From a virus (lineage: Duplodnaviria; Caudoviricetes): a stretch of 64,000 nucleotides of DNA. Of this stretch, positions 27,527-38,212 are shown in pieces (within the stretch, counting starts at the first letter, position 1; each line of letters begins with the position of its first letter). The position numbers and the translations under genes were made by a program. Where the stretch lies: positions 1,562-65,561 of the IMG/VR virus record IMGVR_UViG_3300050821_008548, one strand, 5' to 3'. The notes under the pieces were generated by a model, which was not told the DNA's origin, did not search any database, and worked only from the letters and a program-made list of their open reading frames with translations.

Positions 27527-28176
27527 TGAGCGGGCCCCCGAAGGAGACGCCGCCGAGCGAGCTGTGGCTGAAGCTCACCGAGCGGCCGCGGCCCACGTGC
27601 GACTTCCAGTTTCCGGGGCCGGGGGCAGACGGCGAACCGCTGCCGAAGGCGAAGATCGTCATTCTGTACGAGGCCGAGCTGCACGCTTGCCGGGCGAACG
27701 CGACGAAGGTGGCGCGCGAACTCGTGGGCGACAACGGTCGCATGGGCGACCTGGGCTACGAGGAGATCTACCGCAACGAGATGGCCTCCCAGATGGTGGC
27801 CCTCTGCTTGCGAGCACACGACAACCCGACGTACTTCGTATTTCCTTCCCCGAAAGCGGTCCGCCAGAAGCTGACGACCGATGAAGTGACTTCCGTCGCC
27901 GCGGCGTACACGCAATTCCGGATCGAGTCGGGGCCGATGGTCTCGGAGCTCTCCCCGGCGGAACTGGACGCGTGGCTCAAGGTCTCCATGGAGGGGGCCA
28001 GCCGCGTCCCTTTCTCTGCTCTGTCTGGGGAGGCGCTGATCGACTTCGTGATGTACCTGGTCTCCAAGATCAAGAGCCTCTCGACTGCCACTGGATCGCC
28101 TGGATCGGGGCCAAGCGAGCAATCGCCGCCAGCAAGTGAACTCGTAGACGACAGCGAAAAGCGCGCCCTCGAGTAG
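27526..28176 (+). CDS. Tail assembly chaperone
   Basis: Lies between tube and tape measure genes. Confidence 0.6.
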   Translation: MSGPPKETPPSELWLKLTERPRPTCDFQFPGPGADGEPLPKAKIVILYEAELHACRANATKVARELVGDNGRMGDLGYEEIYRNEMASQMVALCLRAHDNPTYFVFPSPKAVRQKLTTDEVTSVAAAYTQFRIESGPMVSELSPAELDAWLKVSMEGASRVPFSALSGEALIDFVMYLVSKIKSLSTATGSPGSGPSEQSPPASELVDDSEKRALE

Positions 28177-28179
28177 CCC

Positions 28180-30408
28180 ATGTCCCTCGAGCCCGTCATC
28201 ATCGCGTTCACTACCGCCGGCATCCCCCAGGTCGAGCGCGCCTTCGCCACAGTTGAGCAGCAACTGGCGAGGATGGAGCGAAACTCCACGCAGGTGGCCG
28301 ACCGCGGCGCCCGCTCTCGCGTCAAGACCGCCCAGACCGAGGCGCGGGACCGCGAGCGCGCGGCGGCGAAGATCCAGAAGGACGCCGAGCGCCTCGAGCG
28401 CCAACACACGCGCGAGGTCGAGAAGGAGACCAAGCGCCGCCAGGCCATCGTCCGCAAATCGTCGGAGATGGCAGGCCAGTTCGCGCGTCAGGAGGCGAAA
28501 GCCGCCGAGCGCTCACAGGCCGAGCAGACCCGAAACGTTCAGCGCGAATCCGAGCGCCGAATGCGACTGCAGATCCGCTCCTCGGAGATGGCCGGTCGGT
28601 TCGCGGCTCGCCAGGCGGCGGAAGACCTTCGGCGCCAGGAGGGCGCAGCGAGTATCTGGGGGCAGCGTGGCCGCCGGGTGGGCGGCATCGTGACCAACAG
28701 CGCCGGGCGGACGCTGAGCGGCATGGCGACGCTCGTGGGGGCGGGGCTGGGCATCGGCGGCGGGATGATGCTGGCGGACGCGGCGCGCGGCGAGATGTCG
28801 GCGCACAAGTCGGCCCAGCTCATCATGAACGCCGTGACTACGGGCGGCGTGACCCCGGAGGGTGCATCCGTGGATGCCATCCTGGGCAAGGCGAGCCAGG
28901 TGGCTCGCGCGAACGGCCTGAGCAAGGACGAGGTCGCACAGGCGGGTCTCGCGTACTCCAGGAGTGCTACCGGAGGCGACTTTCAGGGCGTCCTCGGCAA
29001 CATGGACTTCTTCGCGAAGGTCCACAACGTGACCGGAGCGGACATGAGCGATCTCGCCTCGTCGGCGGGAATGCTCCAGAGCCAGAACCCGAAGCTCGGT
29101 GGAGCCAACAACGGCGCCATGCAGCAACTACTGCTCGACGTGATCGCCCAGACCCATATGGGGTCGCTGTCGATGCCGGAGGTCGCCAAGATGGCTGGCG
29201 TCATCGGCTCCGGCCGAGGGGCGTTCGGTGGCGACCAGGGGGGCAATCAGCGCAAGCTCCTGGCCCTCGCGCAGCTCGTGGCTCCCGAGACCAACCCAGA
29301 CGAAGCGGGGATCATGGTCAAGGACTTCGCCACCGAGGGGCAGAAGCACTTCAAGGCGCTCGGAAAGCTCGGCGTCAAATACAACGCACGCGGGCAGATG
29401 GACTCGATCGAGCAGGCGATCGACGCGGTGCTGACGGGCACCGGTGGCAACCAAGGCAAGATCATCGAGGCCTTCGGATCGGACCGAGCCGCGAAGCTCT
29501 TCGCCCACCTGGCCCCGATCTTCAACGAAGCGGGCGGCGGAGCCGCGGGCCTCGCCAAGGTCCACGAAGCTGTCACCAACGTGACAGCCGCGACCACAAC
29601 GCCAGATCAGCTCAATCAGGCCAACGCCGACACCCTCAACGAGCCGGCACGCAAGTTTGAGGTCGCTCTCAACAACATCAAGACAACCCTCGAGGACAAG
29701 CTCAGTCCGGGAATGACCCGCCTTGCCGACAAGATGCCCTATCTGGTCGACAAGGTCACCGGGTTCATCGACGCCGTGTCGGGCGCGGCGTCCTGGATGA
29801 CCGACAGTTGGCCGCACACGTTCATCGGCATCGGCGGCATCGTCATGGCCGTCATCACCAAGGACCTCGCGTCAGCGGGCATCAGCGCGGCCGCTGAAGC
29901 CGGCGTCGCGGCGATCATGAAGAAGATCGCGGCCTCGATGGGCGCCGGTGCGCCAAGCGTCCCGACGCCTCCGGGCGGCGTGCCACCCATCTCAGGGGCA
30001 GGGCCCGTCGCCGGACCCGTGGGCGGCGCACTGGCCGGAGCCGGCTTCTTCAACTTCGCAGCCAACCTTGTGACGGGCGACAAGGACATCCTCAACCACC
30101 AGATCACCGACGATCCGAAGCAGGACCCCAGCAAGCTGGCGTTCTGGCAATCGCTCCCCGACGACGCCAAGAAGAAGTTCGAGGAGGCCAAGAAGGACCC
30201 CTGGCACTTCTTCATGACGGATCCGAACAAGGAGCCGTCGCCGAGCGCGGGTGGCTCCAGCCCCAAACAGGCCACCGGAGACGTCGTGGCGTTCTCCAAC
30301 GCAGTGCAGGACGCCACCAAGAAGCTGGCGCTGTTGAGCACCCAGGCGACGAACACGGCCCCTGGCAATCCGGCACTGCACGTTCCGATCGGCACCGCGA
30401 GCCGCTGA
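28180..30408 (+). CDS. Tape measure protein
   Basis: 742 aa, Ala/Gly-rich helical, charged N-terminal coiled coil, hydrophobic segments. Confidence 0.85.
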   Translation: MSLEPVIIAFTTAGIPQVERAFATVEQQLARMERNSTQVADRGARSRVKTAQTEARDRERAAAKIQKDAERLERQHTREVEKETKRRQAIVRKSSEMAGQFARQEAKAAERSQAEQTRNVQRESERRMRLQIRSSEMAGRFAARQAAEDLRRQEGAASIWGQRGRRVGGIVTNSAGRTLSGMATLVGAGLGIGGGMMLADAARGEMSAHKSAQLIMNAVTTGGVTPEGASVDAILGKASQVARANGLSKDEVAQAGLAYSRSATGGDFQGVLGNMDFFAKVHNVTGADMSDLASSAGMLQSQNPKLGGANNGAMQQLLLDVIAQTHMGSLSMPEVAKMAGVIGSGRGAFGGDQGGNQRKLLALAQLVAPETNPDEAGIMVKDFATEGQKHFKALGKLGVKYNARGQMDSIEQAIDAVLTGTGGNQGKIIEAFGSDRAAKLFAHLAPIFNEAGGGAAGLAKVHEAVTNVTAATTTPDQLNQANADTLNEPARKFEVALNNIKTTLEDKLSPGMTRLADKMPYLVDKVTGFIDAVSGAASWMTDSWPHTFIGIGGIVMAVITKDLASAGISAAAEAGVAAIMKKIAASMGAGAPSVPTPPGGVPPISGAGPVAGPVGGALAGAGFFNFAANLVTGDKDILNHQITDDPKQDPSKLAFWQSLPDDAKKKFEEAKKDPWHFFMTDPNKEPSPSAGGSSPKQATGDVVAFSNAVQDATKKLALLSTQATNTAPGNPALHVPIGTASR

Positions 30409-30411
30409 CCC

Positions 30412-31407
30412 ATGCCGACGCCCCAGCCTGACTCGATCAGTACGATCATCGGGCCTAGCGCGGGCGCGTCCGCGCAAGACTACAACGAACTTTTCGCGGC
30501 GCTCCTTGAACTCTCGTGGAAGGGGATCGCGTTCCCTTACACCAAGCTCCGGACGGAATTCAGGCAGGACCTCGCGATCCACAAGTTCGCGGACCGCGAC
30601 GGCGCGCACATCGAGGGCATGGGCTCGGCCCCGCTCGAGATCACCGCGCGCGTTCCGCTGATCAACGGCCTGGACGCGGGCAAGAACGAGCACTGGACTC
30701 GCCCGCTCTACCCGACCGTTCGAGACAACCTGCTCCGCGCATGCGCCGACAAGTCGTCGGGGCCGCTGCAGCACCCCGAGTTCGGGGTCCTGAACTGCAA
30801 AGTTCAGACGATGGCCTGGGAGCTCGAGGCCCAGACCAGACAGGGCGTCTGGGTCGACTTCAAGTGGCTCCAGACCGACGACACGGCCGACGACCAGCTG
30901 CAGCAGGCCCTTAGCCAGCCCTCGCCGCTGGCGAACATGGCGGCGGCGGCTAACGATCTGGACTCCAACCTCGCGAACGTCTCGCCGATCGTTGTCCCGA
31001 CGCCGTATGTGCCCCCGATCGGGTTCTCGGATCTGGCCAACCAGATCCGAGCGGTCGTGGACCAGACGACGCAGCTCCAGAAGTCCTCTGCGGGCCGCGT
31101 CGATAACATGATTTACGAAGCGAACGCCCTGCGCGATTCGCTCAATCGGCTAGCGAGCGCCCTCAACTGGCCGATGATCCAGTCCTGCGAGCGCGCGAAA
31201 GAGTCCTGCTACGACCTGAAGGCGTCGATCCTCAAAAAAGGGCGCCCGATCGGGTTCTACACGACCCAGAAGGACGCGACACTCGCGCAGATCGCCGCCG
31301 CCCTTGGCGTCAACGTCATGGACACCATCTCGCTCAATCCGGCGTACGCGATGCAGCCCCTGGTGCCAAAGCTGTCGGTGGTCCGGTACTACACCCAACC
31401 GGCCTGA
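30412..31407 (+). CDS. DNA circularisation/tube initiator protein (Mu gpN-like)
   Basis: SWKGIAF...HKFADRDGAHIEGMG...GPLQHPEFG; LysM-like C-terminus (TLAQIAA...LNP). Confidence 0.85.
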   Translation: MPTPQPDSISTIIGPSAGASAQDYNELFAALLELSWKGIAFPYTKLRTEFRQDLAIHKFADRDGAHIEGMGSAPLEITARVPLINGLDAGKNEHWTRPLYPTVRDNLLRACADKSSGPLQHPEFGVLNCKVQTMAWELEAQTRQGVWVDFKWLQTDDTADDQLQQALSQPSPLANMAAAANDLDSNLANVSPIVVPTPYVPPIGFSDLANQIRAVVDQTTQLQKSSAGRVDNMIYEANALRDSLNRLASALNWPMIQSCERAKESCYDLKASILKKGRPIGFYTTQKDATLAQIAAALGVNVMDTISLNPAYAMQPLVPKLSVVRYYTQPA

Positions 31408-31410
31408 GAA

Positions 31411-32886
31411 GTGGTCGAGCTCTACGACAACACGCCGCCGGAAAACGCGTCGATCACCATCCGCGTATTCCCCGCCGCGGCGTCCGCGAGCCTGTCGGCT
31501 ACCGGGTCGACCACGAAGGTGGTGCGCAACCCGACTTCGCAATTCGTTACGTCGACCAACACGGTCGATCCGGCTCTCATCCCGTTCGGATCGACGGCGC
31601 CAGGCCCGTTCTCCGGGCTGATGCTCAACCCGGCGGCCCCGTCGCCGAACATCACGGTCACGACCAACGCGTCGACGACCGCCTCGTCGGGCTCGTTCAG
31701 TCAGTCCGCGGTTCAGTACACGCGCTTCCTGAGCTACGAACTCTTCGAGGACTACCTGACGCCCGCGGCGGCCGGGAACTTCTCACTGGCGGCCGACGAG
31801 CTGTCAGACAGCGGTCGCAACGCGCTGCTTCCTGGCTCCAGGGTCGAGGTCTCGATCGGCGACCAGGTCCAGATCATCGGCTACATCGACGACATCCGAT
31901 CGTTCGGTAACCACAGCTCGGGCTCGGTCTGGACGATCGAGTTTCGCGACTGGCTCTCGTCGGCCGTCGACGCGCACATCGATCCACAGACGCGCGTCAA
32001 GCCAAACGACACGTTCGAGCAGGCGGTCATCAAGATTCTGGGGCCCTTCGGCGTCACGGTCATCGCCGAGGACGCGATCGCCAACCGCAACGCGATCACC
32101 GGCGCCATCTACGGCACGCCCACCACGAAGTCGGGTAAGCCAAGCAAGAGAGCGATCTCCCACGAATGCAAACCGTACCCCGCCGAGGGTGCCCTTGCGT
32201 TCGCCTCTCGCATCACGCAGCGGGCTGGGCTCTGGATCCGACCCGCGGTCGACGGCAAGACCGCCATCGTCGCGGCCCCTGACTTCGAGCAGCCGTCGCG
32301 ATACGCGATCCGTCTCAAAACAGACGGCTCGGGCCGCAACAACGTCACCGATTGGGACGTCCGCAAGAGCCGGCTCGATCAGCCCAGCATGATCTTCGGC
32401 GTGGGCTTCGGCGGCGGCGGGGAGTGGCCCAAGTCCACGCTCCGAGGCGCGATCATCAACCCGCTGATCGCGCTCGCCAACGACAACATCGTCGCTCAGC
32501 TGCTGTCGGCCTACCCAGGCCTCGTGGGGACCACGCCGCCGGCGCCGGCTATCGTGTCGGCCATCGCGTCGATCATGCTCGACCCGAACGCGCGCCCCCT
32601 ATACCTCTACGATTCCGAGAGCAAGACGGCCGACGAGCTCCGGGCCTACCTGCGGAGAGAGCTCGCGCTCCGGATGCGCAAGAGTCTCGTCGCGCAGTAC
32701 ACGATCGAGGGCCACACCCTCGGCGGGCAGCCGATTGCGGTCGATACCATGATGGACGTCGAAGACGACATCGCTGGGATCAACGGCCCGCTCTGGGTGC
32801 TGAGCCGCCGGTTCACGAAGGTCTCTGGCGAGCAGGGAACCAAGACGCAAGTGCACTTGATACGCCCCGGCACGCTGCTGTTCTGA
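31411..32886 (+). CDS. Baseplate hub protein (Mu gp44/gpP-like)
   Basis: IIGYIDD...RD..S.AVD; position. Confidence 0.75.
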   Translation: MVELYDNTPPENASITIRVFPAAASASLSATGSTTKVVRNPTSQFVTSTNTVDPALIPFGSTAPGPFSGLMLNPAAPSPNITVTTNASTTASSGSFSQSAVQYTRFLSYELFEDYLTPAAAGNFSLAADELSDSGRNALLPGSRVEVSIGDQVQIIGYIDDIRSFGNHSSGSVWTIEFRDWLSSAVDAHIDPQTRVKPNDTFEQAVIKILGPFGVTVIAEDAIANRNAITGAIYGTPTTKSGKPSKRAISHECKPYPAEGALAFASRITQRAGLWIRPAVDGKTAIVAAPDFEQPSRYAIRLKTDGSGRNNVTDWDVRKSRLDQPSMIFGVGFGGGGEWPKSTLRGAIINPLIALANDNIVAQLLSAYPGLVGTTPPAPAIVSAIASIMLDPNARPLYLYDSESKTADELRAYLRRELALRMRKSLVAQYTIEGHTLGGQPIAVDTMMDVEDDIAGINGPLWVLSRRFTKVSGEQGTKTQVHLIRPGTLLF

Positions 32887-32887
32887 C

Positions 32888-33607
32888 ATGAGCGCGCACG
32901 ACGTATTCGCCCAGATGTTCGACGTCGGCAAGGACATCCTTGTGACGTACCTGAACGCGGAAACAAACGTCATCCTTGCGCAGATCGGCGACTCGACCGC
33001 GTCAGTTCCAGACGCCGACGCCGCCGAGTGGTGGCAGCACACTGGATTCTGGAGCCGGCCGGCGCTGCCGACGCAGGGCGGCGCGTCGTGCCAGGGACTC
33101 ATCATCAAGCGAGGCGATCGCGACGTCGTCTACGCGACACGCGACACCCGCAACTCCTCGATCTATGGCAAGCTCGCCGATGGTGAAACCTGCGTCGGTG
33201 CCTCGACGGGGCAGGCGCGGACGTTCTACAAGGCCGACGGGTCGATCCAACACGTCACGAGCGTCGGCAACACGGCTGGGGGCACCACCTTCATCGTTAG
33301 CCAGGCCTCCGACGGCTCATACACGATCCAGGCGCCCACCGCGCTCTTCAAGATGGCCGCGGACGGCTCGATCACGCTCGGCAACACGACCGGTGGCATC
33401 ACCATCGACGCGGCGGGCAACGTCAAGATCTTCGGCGTCGCCGTCCACGTCCAAGCGAGCGCCGTCGCCGCTATCTCTGGTGACGTCGTGACGCAGCTCG
33501 GGCCCGTACCGGCTATCGCCGGGCTCGGGTCGATCGGCGTCGCATACACATCGACCGCGACGGCTGGCCCGGCGACGGGATCCAAGAACGTCGTTGTCAG
33601 TCCGTGA
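32888..33607 (+). CDS. Baseplate spike/assembly protein (Mu gp45-like)
   Basis: WQHTGFWSRP...RD.R...L.DGET, beta-repeat C-terminus. Confidence 0.75.
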   Translation: MSAHDVFAQMFDVGKDILVTYLNAETNVILAQIGDSTASVPDADAAEWWQHTGFWSRPALPTQGGASCQGLIIKRGDRDVVYATRDTRNSSIYGKLADGETCVGASTGQARTFYKADGSIQHVTSVGNTAGGTTFIVSQASDGSYTIQAPTALFKMAADGSITLGNTTGGITIDAAGNVKIFGVAVHVQASAVAAISGDVVTQLGPVPAIAGLGSIGVAYTSTATAGPATGSKNVVVSP

Positions 33608-33615
33608 GGTAAGTC

Positions 33616-33798
33616 GTGGCAGCAAGCCAATGTAATATGCCGCAGTTCTTCCTGCCGTCGCCCCCGGACATCCTGTCGATCCTGCTCTCGCTCTTGCCGG
33701 CGATCCCGAAGTTCCCGGCCATCCAGCTCCCCTCTCTCCCGTGCCCCCTGGACGCGCTGCCTGTGCCCGGGTCGAACACGCCCACGACCCTCCCCTAG
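33616..33798 (+). CDS. Small Pro-rich baseplate-region protein
   Basis: GAGGT upstream; lies between spike and wedge genes. Confidence 0.45.
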   Translation: MAASQCNMPQFFLPSPPDILSILLSLLPAIPKFPAIQLPSLPCPLDALPVPGSNTPTTLP

Positions 33799-33801
33799 CT
33801 C

Positions 33802-34281
33802 ATGCCCATCGGCGCAGGATACGCCCCGGCGGGAACGTCGTCGGCCGGCTACGGCGTACCCGATGCGGCCGCCGTCCCGAACAACGCCATCCTTCCGGCG
33901 ATCCTGACGGGGCTGCCGCAGACGGGCCGCTACATCAACCCGCAGACGGGCGACTATGTCTTCACGTCCGACGGGCGGCTGATGGGCATGGACACCGTGC
34001 CGCAGCTGGTCCTGCTGGCGCTGACGACGACGCTCGGCTCCTCGGCGCTGCCCGCGCTCGGTGAGACCTTCACGCTCATTCGTGAGCAGGGCCCAAACTT
34101 CGGCCAGCAGCTGACGGCGACGGTCAACGCGGCACTCGCAGACCTGGTGAGGCGAAAGTTCGTGAAGGTCAATAGCGTCACCACGCAGCAGTCGCCGAGC
34201 AATCCGGACGCGGGGACGGTCCTTGTGAAGTGGTCGGACCTCACAACCGGGCTTTCGTATACGAACACGGTGGGGCAGTAG
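33802..34281 (+). CDS. Baseplate wedge/sheath initiator (gp46/gp25-like)
   Basis: TGDYV...L.L.T..GS..P..G pattern; position. Confidence 0.65.
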   Translation: MPIGAGYAPAGTSSAGYGVPDAAAVPNNAILPAILTGLPQTGRYINPQTGDYVFTSDGRLMGMDTVPQLVLLALTTTLGSSALPALGETFTLIREQGPNFGQQLTATVNAALADLVRRKFVKVNSVTTQQSPSNPDAGTVLVKWSDLTTGLSYTNTVGQ

Positions 34282-35880
34282 ATGGCGACGCCCAGCCAGC
34301 CGCTATACACGTTTGCGGCCAAAAGTAACGTCCAGATCCGCGACGATATCCTTAGAACGATCAAATCGGGACTTATCGCTCAAGGTATCCCAACTCCGAA
34401 CATCGGCCCCAATTCAGACTACTACCTGATCGCCACCGCGCTCGGCAACGAGCTCGCGGTCCCCCAGGCGAACGCAGTCATCCTCGCCGATCAGTTGATG
34501 CCCGACACGGCGGCCGGGTCGTTTCTCGATCGCTGGCTGGCCCTCGTGGGCCTAGCGCGCAACGGGGCGACCAGCAGCTTCGGCAACATCACGATCACGA
34601 CGTCCGCAAACAGTCTCGTCCCGACCAACGCACAGCTCGTCGACAACGCGGGTCTGCGCTACCAGGTCACCGTCGGCGGCACGTACGCCAACCAGGCGCA
34701 GATCCCCGTCCAGTCGATCGACACGGGCGCCGCCACCGATCACGCCAACGGCGACACGCTCACCTGGGTCACGGCCCCGCCGTTCGCCCAGCAGAACGTC
34801 ACGGTGGGCCTGCCGGGTGGCACCGACGGCCTGACGGGCGGCGCGGACAGCGAGGTAGGCGTCGACGAGCCGCCGCGCGCACGCCTCTTCGCGCTCCTGC
34901 AGGTTCCGCCCAAGGGTGGCAACTCGTCGGACCTGATCCTCTGGGCCCAGCAGTCGTCGACGAGCGTGCAGGCGGCCTTCGCCTACCCGGCGCTGCTCGG
35001 GGCATCGACATCCTTCTTCGCGGTCACCGGTCACCCGCAGACCTCGCCGCCGCTGACGAGCACGAGCAAGAACCGGGACCTCCCGGGCGCGCTCCTGACC
35101 GGAACGATCCTTCCGTATGTGCTGGGCCTGATGCCCGAGCATTCGCTCTGCGTCGGCACGAGCGTCGCCAACCAGCCGGCGGACGTGGCGATCCAGCTGT
35201 CGCTGCCGTCTTCGCCGACCGCGTCGCCTGCGGGGCCGGGCGGTGGGTGGCTCGACGGGACGCCATGGCCGACGTCGACGACTCCTGGGGTGCCCGGCAC
35301 GAAGCCCTGCACCGTCATCGCGTTCGCGACCTCCACCCAGTTCACGGTCAACGCGCCGACGCCGCCTACGAAGTTCGTCAGCCATATCGCGTGGATCTCC
35401 CCGCTCACCTGGCAGCTCTACACCGCCACAGTGGTGGACGTTTCCGGTAGCACCGGGAACTACACGATCACGATCGACACGCCGATGCCAGGCATTGCGG
35501 TCCACAACATCATCTTTCCGCAGTCGGCCAACCAGGCGACCTACTTCGCGACGCTGCTCTCGTCCTTCGCGGCCATGGGCCCCGGCGAGTGGCTGCCGCC
35601 CGGATCGGCGGGCCTCAAGCGCTCGTTTCGGCATCCGCTGCCCGCGCTCACGTGGCCGTATGCGCTCGGCCCGACGCAGCTCTCGGCCCTCATCCGCTCC
35701 GGCCCCGAGGTGCAGAACGCTCAATTCCTCTTCACGGGCGACATCACACTCGGCAGCCCGTCGACGTTCAACGTGCCTGTGATCGGCGGCCAGCCGATCC
35801 TCGTGGATGGCAGCGGGAACCTGACCACGACGCCCCCCTCCGTGTTCGTGCCACGCAACATCGGATTTTACGCCTCATGA
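34282..35880 (+). CDS. Baseplate J-like wedge protein
   Basis: PDTAAGSFLDRW...GL.R..AT; LTGGADSE...RARL...PPKGGN. Confidence 0.88.
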   Translation: MATPSQPLYTFAAKSNVQIRDDILRTIKSGLIAQGIPTPNIGPNSDYYLIATALGNELAVPQANAVILADQLMPDTAAGSFLDRWLALVGLARNGATSSFGNITITTSANSLVPTNAQLVDNAGLRYQVTVGGTYANQAQIPVQSIDTGAATDHANGDTLTWVTAPPFAQQNVTVGLPGGTDGLTGGADSEVGVDEPPRARLFALLQVPPKGGNSSDLILWAQQSSTSVQAAFAYPALLGASTSFFAVTGHPQTSPPLTSTSKNRDLPGALLTGTILPYVLGLMPEHSLCVGTSVANQPADVAIQLSLPSSPTASPAGPGGGWLDGTPWPTSTTPGVPGTKPCTVIAFATSTQFTVNAPTPPTKFVSHIAWISPLTWQLYTATVVDVSGSTGNYTITIDTPMPGIAVHNIIFPQSANQATYFATLLSSFAAMGPGEWLPPGSAGLKRSFRHPLPALTWPYALGPTQLSALIRSGPEVQNAQFLFTGDITLGSPSTFNVPVIGGQPILVDGSGNLTTTPPSVFVPRNIGFYAS

Positions 35881-36383
35881 CCCTTCCGGACGTGGACACA
35901 TTGCCGAGTGTTGGCGGTGGTCTTTTTGACTATTCCGCCGTCATCGACCCAACGAGGGACCGGCCGGCGGCGGGGGCAAACGTGGCTTATGCCGACGCTG
36001 TGGCCGCGACGCACACGATCGTGCGCGCGTGGGTCCGGTTCACGCTCAACGGCTCCGCCACGCCCGTGCTTGTGGCTCACGACTCCGTCTGGGGCAACGC
36101 GATTGGCGTGGCGCCCACGTTCACGCGGACGAGCGCAGGGATCTACACCGTCACTTGGCCGGCCACGGTCGTGGACGAGATCCCGAACGGGGTCCCTGGC
36201 TTTCAGGCATCCCACACTGTCAACTTCCGCGCGGCGCTCGGCAACGTGCGCGCCGGCGCCACAGCGTTCGACATCTTCTGCGCCCCCACGTCAGCGAACG
36301 TCGTGACGGTCCGGATCTTCAATGTCGCCGGGAGCGCCGCCGATCCAGGCAGCGCGACCGATTGCGACGTCACGGCCTGGTAG
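35877..36383 (+). CDS. Tail/baseplate-associated protein
   Basis: RAWVRF...RTSAGIYTVTW (H-type lectin-like/fibre C-terminal pattern). Confidence 0.55.
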   Translation: MTLPDVDTLPSVGGGLFDYSAVIDPTRDRPAAGANVAYADAVAATHTIVRAWVRFTLNGSATPVLVAHDSVWGNAIGVAPTFTRTSAGIYTVTWPATVVDEIPNGVPGFQASHTVNFRAALGNVRAGATAFDIFCAPTSANVVTVRIFNVAGSAADPGSATDCDVTAW

Positions 36384-36386
36384 CCA

Positions 36387-37367
36387 GTGCCCCCCTTCAC
36401 CGGCGGCTGGTCCCCGAGCCCTGAGCGCTACGGCGGCGGCGAGGGCAGCTCCGATGAGCCGCTCGTCCAGCGAATATTCGAGAGCATCGCCGCCCAGCGC
36501 GGCAGCGCCTACTCGACCAGCCCGACGTCGATCGTCGGCATCGAGATGCGGGCGTGGGCGCGCGCCATCGCGTTCGATGCGTGGGGCGTCAACGCCAGGC
36601 TCGCGAACCAGTTCATCCCTAGCAAGCTCACGGCGGCCAGCGGTATGCTGCAGCGCTGGGAGCGCATCTTCGCGGTGCCCCCGCTGCCGACCGATACCGA
36701 GCCGGTGCGCCGCGCTCGCGTCGCGGCGGCCTGGGCGAGCATCGGTCAACCCAACAGCGTTCAGCCCGTTATCAGCGCGCTGCAGGCAGCCCTCGGCCCT
36801 GTCTACGTGGGGCTAGTCCACCAGACGGCTCTCACCGAGACATCGTACACGGGCGGCCTGTCCAACGTCGTCGCGACCGGCACGACGCCTCCGACGGTGA
36901 CGATCTCCGGCACGCCCACGGGGCTCGACTACTTCGAGATCGACATCACGACGGGCGGCGCACTGGGCGCGGCGCTGTTCACATGGAAGCGGCACGGCGC
37001 CACGATCGCCACTGGCCAGACCACGTCAGCCGCGTTCACGCTGCCCGGCACGGGCGTCGTCGTCGCCTTCGGCGCGGGACCGCCGAACTACGCGACGGAC
37101 AACGTTTACAAGTTCACGACCAACCCGCAGGTGCCTTGGCTCAGCTCCTTGGCACACGTCGACGTCCAGGTGACGCAGAACGTGGCCGGATACAACAACG
37201 CCGGGGCCCCGAACGCAGCGTTTTACCAGCTGGTGGCGAACGTCGCTCCGATCCTCGACGAGATCCTGCCGGCGTGGGCCACGTACGACTGGTTCATCCA
37301 AGACTCCGCGTCGGTGTCGGCCTTCAAGCTCGACGAGCGCAACCTTGATCTCGAGGTCCTGACCTAA
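36387..37367 (+). CDS. Baseplate wedge subunit (Mu gp48/DUF2313-like) with insertion
   Basis: MLQRWERIF...RRARVAA...LDEILPAW. Confidence 0.7.
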   Translation: MPPFTGGWSPSPERYGGGEGSSDEPLVQRIFESIAAQRGSAYSTSPTSIVGIEMRAWARAIAFDAWGVNARLANQFIPSKLTAASGMLQRWERIFAVPPLPTDTEPVRRARVAAAWASIGQPNSVQPVISALQAALGPVYVGLVHQTALTETSYTGGLSNVVATGTTPPTVTISGTPTGLDYFEIDITTGGALGAALFTWKRHGATIATGQTTSAAFTLPGTGVVVAFGAGPPNYATDNVYKFTTNPQVPWLSSLAHVDVQVTQNVAGYNNAGAPNAAFYQLVANVAPILDEILPAWATYDWFIQDSASVSAFKLDERNLDLEVLT

Positions 37368-38209
37368 TGGCATTCGTCAGAGCGAACTCGAGCGGGTGGG
37401 CCGTCGGCGACATTTTGACGTCGGCGCAGCAGAACGCGCTCGACATCGACCACGCGCTCGCGCTCGACAAGTCCGTCGCGGGCGACACGCTCTCAGGCGT
37501 CATCACGGTCGCTTCGACCGGAGAGATCCTCCTCAACTTCGCCGACGGCGTCGTCGGCAACGCAAACGCCTCAATCCTGGCGAATGCGACCGGGGCGCTC
37601 ATCAGTACAACGCCCGGGGGCATCCTCTGCGCGGGCGGCCCCACCGACTTCGTCGCGCTCTCTTCGCGCTCGCGCATCGTGCGCACGCCCCTCATCGTCC
37701 TCGGGACGCTCACCGGCACGCACTTCTCGGCGGCCGCGGAGGGCGGCTCAAACTTCGCGGCCGCCGGTACTCCTCCGGGGCCGCCGACGATCGTGGGAGT
37801 CGCCGCCGACGGCGTCGGCGTCAACCTCTTCTGCCCCGTGCACAACGGCGCGACGCTAACGGGCGTCAAGTTCTTCCTCGAGGTCGGCCAATCCCACGCG
37901 AACGTCCCCGCGACGTTTCCCGCATTCGACATCCGGCGCACACCCATCGCGACCTACGCCGGCACGACGCAGTCGCTCTTCTCCGGGGGTCCCGCGACCG
38001 CGTCCGCCGGGAGCGGCGCCGCCTGGTTCAACGGCGGCAACATCCAGCTCTGGGCCGGTGTCTGCAACCAGAACAACGTCATCGACACGACGACGTACGT
38101 CTACAACATGGTGCTCTTCGACGAGAGCGGCGCGAACTCGAAAACGGGTAACGTCTTCTTCGGCGCGGAGCTCACGTTCGCGTCGATCACGACGTCGGCT
38201 TTCCCCTGA
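37367..38209 (+). CDS. Tail fibre-type protein
   Basis: GWAVGDILTSAQQN N-terminal attachment motif. Confidence 0.6.
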   Translation: MAFVRANSSGWAVGDILTSAQQNALDIDHALALDKSVAGDTLSGVITVASTGEILLNFADGVVGNANASILANATGALISTTPGGILCAGGPTDFVALSSRSRIVRTPLIVLGTLTGTHFSAAAEGGSNFAAAGTPPGPPTIVGVAADGVGVNLFCPVHNGATLTGVKFFLEVGQSHANVPATFPAFDIRRTPIATYAGTTQSLFSGGPATASAGSGAAWFNGGNIQLWAGVCNQNNVIDTTTYVYNMVLFDESGANSKTGNVFFGAELTFASITTSAFP

Positions 38210-38212
38210 GCC

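Noticed and set aside
27526-28180. Programmed frameshift in the tail assembly chaperone
   Set aside because: No second overlapping ORF before the tape measure gene and no convincing slippery heptamer seen
25496-37367. Tailocin, eCIS or T6SS locus
   Set aside because: Terminase, portal, capsid, integrase and replication genes are all present, so this is a phage tail
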